A stretch of DNA of 64,000 nt from Paecilomyces variotii (taxonomy: Eukaryota): NCBI GenBank assembly GCA_004022145.1, contig RCNU01000006.1. One strand, given 5' to 3'. Below are positions 54,546 to 64,000 of the stretch, piece by piece. The notes below the pieces were generated by a model. That model had not been told where the DNA came from, searched no databases, and was given only the letters and a program-made list of their open reading frames with translations. Position 1 is the first letter of the stretch. Each line of letters starts with the position of its first letter. The position numbers and the translations under genes were made by a program.

Positions 54546-57206
54546 ATACCTAGAGTTTCTATATATTCTTAAAGGAACGCAGTAATTATAAATAAATCTA
54601 AGTCTTCTAGTTATTATTTACGCTAAATTAACTATATTAAAGGCTAATATAAATATTAAGAATCTAACTTAAGTTAGACTCTAATATTATATTCTAATAT
54701 TATTCTATTAATTTTTAGTTAATATTTAGTAATAAATATTATAAAGAAATAAAAATCTAAATAGTTCTTAAAGATTAATAAGATTTATATAAAAATTCAG
54801 ATTAATCTAAAGTAACTAAAAAAAACTAAAAAAACCGAATTAAACTAAAAAACCCAAAAAACTAAACCTAAAAAAACCATATAGTGCACTATAAACTATC
54901 AGTTCGGTTTATAAAGTCTATAAACCGTTCCGGTTTATAAAATTATAAACCGAACCAAACTATAGGCGGTTCGGTTCGGTTTAGTTCGGTTTTTTTAGTT
55001 TTCTATAACTACTCTAATTAGTAGTCTTATTATAAATAATATTTAGATAATTACTTAATTTTAGTATTATATTAATCTCTTAGAAAACTTATTTATAATA
55101 TTTATTTAAAATAAGACTTGCTATTATATAATAATTAAGAGGCTTATAATTTTAATCTAGAGCAGTAATAAAGTCTAGAATTATTAGTTCTATATATAGA
55201 TTAAAGGATCTAGTATTTGTAAAAATTAATATTTTATATCTTTAATTTAACCTATATCTTAATTTAAAAGCTAGAATATTAGCTAATAATAAGAATTATA
55301 TAGGCCTTTTAATTACTAGTTTAGGATTATAAATTGCTTTCTAAGATTTATAGCAGGTAAAGTATTTAGCTTAATAAGTAGTATTTTTTATAATCTTCTT
55401 ACTGTAGTAAAGGTATTATATTTATAGCTTAAAAAATAGTTAAATTAGCTAATAGTAGTATATTTAAATAAAATAGATCTTATTATTTTTAAGGAAGTTT
55501 TTAAATGCTTTCTAAACTTTAGTAAGATAAGCTCTGCTTTTAAAAGAGTTAGTATTACCTATTATTAATAGTTTTAGGGTATAGTATACTAGTTAGAATC
55601 TAAAATAAATATAAATATATATAAAATCAATAGCTTCTGCTTAAATTCCTAGTTATCAGGTAAAAAGTTTTATTAAATTATAAAAATAGGGCAATATAAG
55701 CATTTACACTTATCTATTGGTTAAACCTCTTGTTTAACTATCTACTTTTATACTAGCGTATTCCACTAATTAGTCTATGCGTTTTAAATTTTGAAACGAA
55801 AAAAAAGGGCGAAATTTCACGTTTCGTGAAATAGACCCCCCATTTCAATATTTCACCATCCCTAGCTTGGGCTATTGGCTGTGGGAGCGGTTGTAAGATT
55901 CCGAGGCCTCCGATGACAGGGATCGTTGATCCTTTATTCCGTGGATCGCCGAAATAGATCTACATACATGGTCTGCTCGATTTCCAGGGTTCCTTTTTCT
56001 CCCTTTCTTTTTTTTTTCTCCGAGACGACTTTGCTAAATTTTCTAGTCTGCCGGACAAGTGGGGAAGTACGAGTGTCTTACGCAAGTCTAGATAGCGGAG
56101 GTTCTTGTCCTGGTAGCGATGCACGCGACGCGAGGCTTTATGGATGCTCGAAATGTGGATGAATCCACTGGTACTTGCATGTACCCATGAGAAATTAGTA
56201 GACTAGAGAAAAAAAAAATGGTATAACGGAATCCCGCTCATGCCCAATATACGCGGCCCTAATGCTGAAGTTTCGAAATGAGGAAGATGAATTCGGCAAC
56301 CAGGACACCTCAGTTGATACGACCCAGACCATGTTGTAGCCAAGAGACGGATGTCTAAAATCTGGGAACCATAGTAAAACAACATGGATGGCATGCAAAA
56401 GACGCTAGGGTCGGAGATCATTTCTCATACAGCCTGGCATTGACCATCTGTATTCACCAATTTTTATTCCTCGGCGCACACCCTCGTTCCCAAAGAAGAA
56501 AAGCAAATGCGAAGTAATGCGCCAAGCGCCTGTGTCACCAAAAAGAACCAACCCGCCGGACACATGATCACCCACAGATTAACCTCATGAATTCCCGCTC
56601 CGAATAACGCCGGACAGTGACAAATGAAAATGAATCCACAGGAAAGACGGTAGAATATGTTTTGGATAATGTCCAGAAGTATGAAAAAGAGAAAAGGCGT
56701 CGAGCTAATGGCTTGCTAAAAAAGAGAAAAAGCAAATGGAATCACGGTAGCAGAAATATGCTCGGATTAGTGGCATGCAGCGCGGAGACCCGACTGCGTG
56801 CCTAGCAAGGCTGGACAGCATTGAAGCGCTGTGCTGAGCCTGCACAAGGCTATTACGAGGTCTCCGTGGCGGACGTGCAGTGCCTGATGTATTGGTCGGA
56901 ACCGACATATGGACAACCAAGCGCAGAGCGCTGGCCATCGAGTATATCTGAAGTAGATAATGATCGGTGTATACAAGGCCAACCGTCCAGTTCCAGTGGA
57001 TCGGGAGCCGGGTAACATCGGTCGCGGCCGCGATAATTAGATCATCATATACGTGGACCAGCCGATTCTGATCATACCGGTCATGGTCAATGCGTGAGGG
57101 GTATATGCATCCTGTCAAGGGCATGAAGAGGTGGTAGATGAGGTGATCAGAGGCGAAGTCGCGCGGACGCGAAGGAACAGCAGGAATGAGACGTGCTCTC
57201 ATGGTT

Positions 57207-58686
57207 TTATCGATGGTCGCCGGTTCGATCTGGTCCCTGCTGCCCACCTTGCTGTCTTGCTCTGAGCCAGGCCATAGCAGCCTCCTCGCGAGAGACGGGC
57301 GTCTTCTGCTCGTCCGGTCGTCCGGACTGGGCGCGAGGGAGCATATTCGTAAACTCCGCAGCGAGGGCAGAGGCCATGTACGCGCGGAATTCCTTCTCCT
57401 CACGCTCGTCCTCCTTCATGAGTCGTCGTTGTTCCGACTTTGCCATGTTCTCCCGTCGCTTCTTCCTGATTTCGTGCATGACCCAGAGGACGACGGCCTC
57501 CGGGGCGCGCGTCCGATCTAGGCCATGTTTGGCGTGATTGCGAACATATCGTCGCGTAACATCGGTAGCACCGTCAATTGAGAAAGCGATGCAGTATGCC
57601 AGTTTCCGGCCCCAGCCTGGCTCAGTTAGTTAGATTCGTTCAGATCTCCGGACAAGAAATCGGATTAAAGTACCTTCTGTGTATAGCCGTGGCTGGTCCC
57701 AGGCTCCCTCACAAGCATCAACATGCACCCATCGCCTCTGGTGCTCCGAGTACACTTCGGTCCAGACGTAGTCCTCCGAGTTCCACACCCATCGAACGCG
57801 GGCTCCCACGGCTCTGCAGAGCATGCTGAAGCAGTTGGCCCATTCACCAACACGACCCCGTCGGGTCTGCAGCAGCTGCCACACGTCTGAATATCGGGGA
57901 AACCGTTCATAAGCACCGCAGCTCGGCTCCGAACATCTGTACAATTCCACCCTGCTAGCGCTTCGAGCGGTCTCGTCGGGAGTGGGCGGTGTCATGCCCT
58001 GGGCGATGGTGGGGCGCAGGCATCGAGGGCACGGAGGGTTGTTGACGAACTGAAAGAATGATCGTCGAAACCATCTACGAGTCGTTAGAATCCATCATCA
58101 GAAGGGATGGCTGGCTGCAGGCGAAAACGAACCTGAGGAGAGATTTGATCACACAATCCTGGTACCCCCACTCGGGCTTTCCTCCCACACTGGCAGCCTG
58201 AGCTTGCAAAATCTGGCTTTCCTCCTCCGCGTCCGAATACAGTCTGTCCAACGGGATGACCGACAACGCCTCGTCCAGCAGGCCGGGGTTCTCATATCGA
58301 GTCGGAGTTACCGACAACACATGGAGCAAACTCGCGAATTTCAAGGAGGCAGGATCCTGCGGCGGTGAGGGGAAAATTGGCAGGTTTCTGAGCGACGAGG
58401 GAGGGAGAGAGGGTTGTTCCGCGGGCGTGGACGAGGCGTGCTGGGCGGGAGAGGGAGGCGGTGGTGGTGACCGGGACGGGTGCGGCGGTCGCTGTCCGGG
58501 CGACAGGTGTGATGAGGGCACGGGCGACTGTGTCCGCGATCTGGCTCGAGATTGTTCCTGAAGACTGGTGAAGCGCTTCGTCCGCATCAACTGCTCGAAT
58601 TGCTTGGTCAATTCGTTCGCATCGTAGGCATCGGTCGTCGGGGCCCGGTGGGCATGGTGATGGTGGTGATGACGGCGGTCCGCCAT
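57207..58686 (-). CDS. PNG1: Peptide:N-glycanase orthologue (transglutaminase fold), 3 exons, catalytic Cys and His substituted
   Basis: Introns 58132-58075 and 57673-57617. [87 protein letters not shown]. Confidence 0.93.
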
Positions 58687-59002
58687 GGCAGGGGTAGCAC
58701 CAGCAATTGCCTGACCTCTGTGACGGGCGTCCAGGTTGACGGAGAGTCCAGAGGTAGGATGGACGCGATGGAGGATCCGACTTGCGATGATGGAGTGTTG
58801 TCGAGGAAAAGACAGTCGGGAAGGGAAAAAAAAGGCGGGAGATGGGGATGAGTGACAGAGAGACGGTGGTTTGCGTTGAGGAGATGACGGTCGCAGCAAG
58901 CAGAGCAGAGCACAGCACAGCCCGGAGTCGTTGCCACGCTTGGCGCTAGGGAGATCGTCAGCGCGACAGGATGGACTCGACAGGACTACTAAGAACTTAC
59001 GC

Positions 59003-59110
59003 GAGAGAGAGAGAGAGAGAGAGAGGGAACTAATACTCTAAAACGAGAGGAGGAGCAAGGAAAAAAAAAAAAGGGAAGAACAATAAGAGGGAGTAAGTAA
59101 GTAAGTAAGT
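59003..59110. repeat. (GA)n, poly-A and (GTAA)n runs upstream of PNG1
   Basis: Seen directly. Confidence 0.8.
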
Positions 59111-62100
59111 AAGAGCTAGACAGAAGAGAGTCGATAGATCGACTAGAGTTGATATTATTATTGCTGTCTCTCTCTCTCTCTTTTTCTCTTTTGTTCTTCT
59201 TCTTCCCATTTTGCTTTCCCTCCACGCAAGCCCGGCCGAGCGTCGTCAGCCGCTCCGTCGCTATCGTCCTCCTGTCCACTGTTCCCCCAATCACAGCCCC
59301 GCGCCGCCCGCTGATGCCGCGTGTGTCCCGCCCAGAAACGGTCAAGATCTGTTCTGTTCCCAATATTTGACCTTTTTTCTTTACCATACATACATTGAGG
59401 GTATATCAATTATAATATTTATTATTATAATAAGAAAGAAAATAGTCGTCCTCTGGACCCTGGAGATCAGACTTAGTCTACAATTGCTAGTTAGTTAGTA
59501 ATTACCATAATTAAGCTCTCTACCAGGGAAAGACGCAACAGCAGTTGGTAGTCTAGTAGTAGTCACTAGATAGATGCATCCCATGATTCCCATATTATTA
59601 TTACTATTACTAGATACCTACTCTACGAACTGTATCTACCATACGAACTACTACCTGCAGGCTTGACCCGTCGGAAGATCCCTCTCTCCACTGGATGGCG
59701 CCATTCGCTGATGAAGCCAATCCCTCTCCACCTTTTTATCACCACCATCTCGGATTATTATTATGGCAGCCTGTCGATAGATGATGATTCTTTACTGAAA
59801 GAAGTATCCAGAGTATAACTTTAGTCTACTTGATTAATTATTACTCCTCCGGAATCACGACAGATTGTTCTTCATAAGATAGAGATCTGCCGTCGTGGGC
59901 TGTCGAGAGTCCCTCCTTTGGCCGCTGGATACGCAAGCTTTGACGACATGGATTGCTTGGTCGTGGTCTCTTGTCCATGGTTCTCCCCGACCGCCATGCA
60001 AAAATAATAAGTAATCATCCAGTTAGTCAGTTGACTAATAACTCGACTCGACTCGACTCGAATCCTCCCCGCGAAAAAAAATAAAAAAAATAAAATAAAA
60101 TAAAATAAATGATTGACGCGGCTCTACTCAACGCTTTTGACTCTCGGGTTTCTCTGCGACCTAGTCTACCGGTACGGAGGGCGTCCACCTGTGCCAATGG
60201 GGAATGCAGTATTGTTACTCTGCTAAGTCTGCTTCGATCGTTGTTCTTGTTCCGTATATACGCGACAAGAGGAGCACGGTGGAGCCGCAACATCCAGTCT
60301 GTGCGCGTCCCCATTCGACACAGCCGGAGATCGCACGGGTCCACTCGCTTTCCCTTTCTGGCCGCCCAGCCAGCAAGATGGTCTCATTGGGCAGGGCTTG
60401 AAGAAGGGGATCCGCCCGTCTGGCCCCGTGAGCAGCAAAGGATTCATTTGGTGTTCAGGGGTGGAACCCCAGGATGATCAGGACGAGTTACTACTAGATA
60501 GGCGCTAGACTCGATCGATCGCATTGAACTTGCTTATGTTCTATCTTTCTGTTCTCTTTTCTTTTTGGATCATCTGTCTTGTTGCGTCGTCAACATCCCC
60601 CAAGTCGCCAATTCCTGTTTCGTGTCGCCCTCGACCGTGGGAATCCGGAGCCCAAGACGGCATGTCGCCAGTACCTGCATCCGGTCGTCTATCGCGGGCG
60701 GACGTGGCGGAGACGCGCAATCGAGGGCTTGGCGTGGAATCCGACTAGGCTAGCGCGGATTACGTGGCTGGGAAGGATGAGCCCTAGCCGGTCTTGGCAC
60801 CTGGCAAGGCAGCCCTGGAGACCCGCTGCGAAGGCTGGCCCCGGCCATTTGCCTTGGCGCCTGGGGTTGCTGGCCTCAGGCCGCCAACTCGGCTGACGAC
60901 AGCCCAGATCACCGCCGGATCTCAGGCAGGCTTGGGATAACAACCATGTCAATTTCCCCAAGGGTTCGTGCCTGGTGTTCGAAATAATCCTGGAAGTGGG
61001 TAATTATTATCTTGCGCTTAAACGCAGGGCAGAACAACAGGTTCTTCTACGGGGGATTATCTTAGACTCGTGGCCTGTGCGAGCATCTCTCGTATGGTAT
61101 AGCTTCTTCATGATATCAGGCCATCATCATCATCATCATCATCATAAGCGGCGGATCATGGCTCAGGAGCTGCAAACGATCTGACCTACTGGTACAGTCT
61201 TGAACCAACCTCGATCACCATCGAAACTCTTTCTTCTCATCTGACTTGGACATTGGGGGCCGAGAGATATCATCATGTTTGTCCAAGCAATAATGAAAAT
61301 AACTCGGTCCTCCCTTGGAAGTTGGACTAGCGACGGGAACGTTAGCCCGTTGGCTCCTTTCGGCCCGTGAAGACGCAATCCACGTGGCCACGGGAAGTTA
61401 TCCCCGTGCGCTGACTCTACGCAAGCAGATGTATGAAACGCGGGGACGGTATCACTATTCATATGGTACTCTCGAGTGCAATCCAGAAGTAACTAGCCGC
61501 TTCTTTGGATTCTCTAGGAGATTTATCATGTTTCCGCACGAATCAGATCGGATGTGCATAGCTAACGTTAATTCTCGTCCTAGCACCAGTTCTCATTGCT
61601 CTGCTTGAACCCAGACTAGAGGTGACACCTCTAGTCTAGAAAACTAGCTCAAGAAGCTGGAACGTCGCAGCTTTACTTCAGGCTAGGGTCTTCTTCATTA
61701 CGTATCGAAGATTCGAGATTAAGTCAACTAATTGCTAGATTCTAAGTTAACTGAGATATGGTTAAACAAAGCTTACCATGCGATAACGACGAAAGAGCTC
61801 ATGTGGACGACGTAGATGCTTAATAACTAACGCTCTATAGAGTGATAACTAGTTGGTACTCGATTGATTCTGCTTTTGGTCAAAATAAATAAATAAAACA
61901 TACATGTGTTTGACCCTTTAGATCCTTAATACGCTACACCCTTGTCAGTCTCGGATACAATCTATCTTCGTATAACATGTGTCGTCTCGTGCAGCACTAT
62001 ACTTCTATATCGGGTGACATCAGTTATCTCCTACTAACTACTCCTTACTTAGTAGAAACACCAAACATCTCCTCTAAGTTATACCATAATGTGGCCATAC

Positions 62101-63010
62101 GTAATTTACACCAGATATCTTCACAACACCTTACTCTTCATTCTATCAACTAGTTAAAAAACAAACTCTTATCGCCATCCACACTAGATAGACTAACTAG
62201 TCACTAGTATAAATACCCCCGATAAACACTAACCGTGTCAGATGCCAAACAGACACTACTCTACGTTCGTATACGAATTCTAGATAAGGTAACTAAGTCG
62301 TCTAACTATAACTAGTTATAACGACCTCTTCATAAGCAGTTCCTCTATAGTAGTACATACATACTTACTGGACTAGAGTAAACTAACTAACTACAGTAGT
62401 TAACTATCTACAGTACCTAGGTAGTAGTTAATCACCTAAAACCAGAGTAACTAACTAACTAACTAACTAGCTAAGTAGCTAACTAGCTAGCTAGTTAATG
62501 TGAGTGCTCATACATAAGCTCGATCAGCGGGCCCCATTCGAAGCGGGGTGATGACGTTGACTGTTAACATATCTCTGCTCTTCTCGGGTAAAATAAATCA
62601 TCAAGTAAAAGTGTCATTTTCTTCTTTTCCTTTCTTCTGGTCCTCTTCGCACGATAAGAGAAGGGAGGGAGGGGTAAACAGATGGTGGCAAATGAGTTAT
62701 TTTTTACTAGTACTTGCTTGCGTTTTTCATCTCGTGGTCTACGTGGGATGACGAGTACGCTTGCGATATTATTATTATTGATATTTTTGGTGGGTACGTA
62801 GATGAGTCATACGCGGTGTTGTGATGTTGTGATGTTGTAGGGAGTTAGAAGGATTGATGGATAGATACATGGAGGACGTGGAGTCTACCTTACGACGCAG
62901 TCACGTAACTTAAGTAGTCCAGTTTACGTATCTACTTGCGGTAGATAGATACTTCCCTCGTTAACTTATTACTTCTCAGTCTCCATTAGTTATTAAGCGA
63001 GGGCAAAGAG

Positions 63011-63063
<53 letters not shown>
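63011..63063. repeat. Poly-A tract, ~53 nt
   Basis: Seen directly. Confidence 0.95.
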
Positions 63064-63064
<1 letters not shown>

Positions 63065-64000
63065 AGAACCGACACTGACTGACGAGTCCTTTAGAAGCGG
63101 TGAGTAATGATCGTCTTCTTTTTACTTCCTTGAGAATCGAGGAGACGTAATCCTAGGGATATTTCGATGAACTAGTTTCTTTTAAATAGCGGGACATAGA
63201 TAGACGTGTTCTGATCCATCATGATTCATTGGAATTGTACCGTACTCTATCTATGATCTAATAGCTTTTCTTTCTGTGCTTTTGGGCTAGGACTTGTCTT
63301 TTCAAGGCAGCAAGCAGGTGTCATCGCCCGAAGAGGCGAGGGGGATGATATGCGTTTTCTATATACAATATGCATGCTTATATCTTTTAGTTCCCCATTC
63401 CGATTAGAGGAATTACGGTATACATGGGATTCGTCAAGATGTGTATTCGACAGACGTACTAGAATTTCGTGTTGTGAGGTTGATTTACATAGAGAGAGGT
63501 GTTTCTACGTGATGAAACTAACTAGGTAGGTTATTACCCGGTTTTGAGTACAGGTCTAGTCTATCATACTCTCTATCCTTGCGTTGGCGTCTTGGTTGAT
63601 GTGTGGTAGACCGCAATGGGTAGCTTTTGGCTATGTCGTGCTCGAATATGTTCTTGCGTTAGTGTTATTCATTGTCGCTGAAGTCTCGAGGGTAGGACGT
63701 CGTCTTCCGGTATGTACGGCTTTCGATTCAACTTCTCGTCGTTCATACATACTTCCCTGGTTACTGTACTCGGGACGGTTCTGCTGATACTGCAGTTACG
63801 CATGAACTGGAAAATAATTATATCCTATTTATAACAAAGCTTGTATATATATCATGAAACAAGCGCTTTTCTCTTCCCCTTTTCACTGATAATTCCATCT
63901 CTTCCAAGGCATGCAAATCTAAGACAGAATTTTAGAAAGAAACGCATTCAGGCATCACGGCATTAATCCCATCATCACAGAGGCCAATGCTCCTAATGCT

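Larger units (their letters stand above)
40159..55016 (+). mobile_element. Inner large hAT transposon with cargo gene (native ~8.9 kb), interrupted by Gypsy C
   Basis: 8-bp TSD ATTAGTAG at 40151-40158 and 55017-55024. Imperfect 13-bp TIR TAAACTAATTATA / TAGAGTAGTTATA. CGGTT/AACCG subterminal arrays at both ends. hAT transposase in the 3' half. Confidence 0.88.
30931..55864 (-). mobile_element. Outer hAT DNA transposon (native ~2.55 kb, DUF659-type transposase on minus strand), split by B2 and the inner hAT
   Basis: TIR TAAGGATAGT versus right-end reverse complement TAGGGATGGT. 8-bp TSD GCTTAAGC/GCTTGGGC. De-RIP ANSVxSERxFSTMNLQHTKIRNRL dimerisation motif at ~31400-31490. DETTN|IHNQRIINLS reads through the 55017/40150 junction. 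Confidence 0.88.

Noticed and set aside
40159-55016. Starship element
   Set aside because: No tyrosine-recombinase captain was recognised. The 8-bp TSD, TIRs and DDE transposase indicate hAT.
15771-55864. Centromere
   Set aside because: An AT-rich RIP'd block of this size could be centromeric, but it is fully explained by nested insertions at two adjacent sites. Sequence alone cannot show centromere function; CenH3 ChIP or Hi-C would be needed.
56705-57403. 232-aa minus-strand ORF
   Set aside because: Overlaps the last PNG1 exon in another frame and runs through its 3' UTR; no recognisable domain.
62900-63075. Poly-A as LINE/SINE or retrogene tail
   Set aside because: No TSD and no upstream coding remnant found.
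59000-64000. Short ORFs in the right-hand non-coding region
   Set aside because: Low complexity, mutually overlapping, with no motifs or convincing splice structure.

Overview
Filamentous-ascomycete (Eurotiomycete-like) genomic DNA. The left arm (1-14.7 kb) holds intron-containing host genes: an aldo-keto reductase, a divergent Zn2Cys6 transcription factor, a FUN19-like SWIRM protein, a DUF7730-like hypothetical, a kinase-like pseudogene and a two-domain amidohydrolase. The right arm holds a catalytically degenerate PNG1 and long non-coding DNA. Between them lies a ~40 kb, very AT-rich, RIP-mutated block (15771-55864). It resolves by termini and target-site duplications (TSDs) into six nested transposons: Gypsy A containing Gypsy B1, then a compact outer hAT containing Gypsy B2 and a large inner hAT, which in turn contains Gypsy C. 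Two structures are hidden from the ORF track by RIP and stand out. (1) Gypsy families A and B both carry an antisense accessory gene between pol and the 3' LTR, encoding a ~275-285 aa protein with a basic N-terminus and a Cx2Cx11Cx8Cx2Cx6C Zn-cluster-like motif. (2) The ~8.9 kb inner hAT carries a multi-exon cargo gene with ParB/DUF3723-like motifs and about 19 copies of a 16-bp palindrome, located in introns where I could check. All protein readings inside the RIP block are manual de-RIP reconstructions, not database matches.
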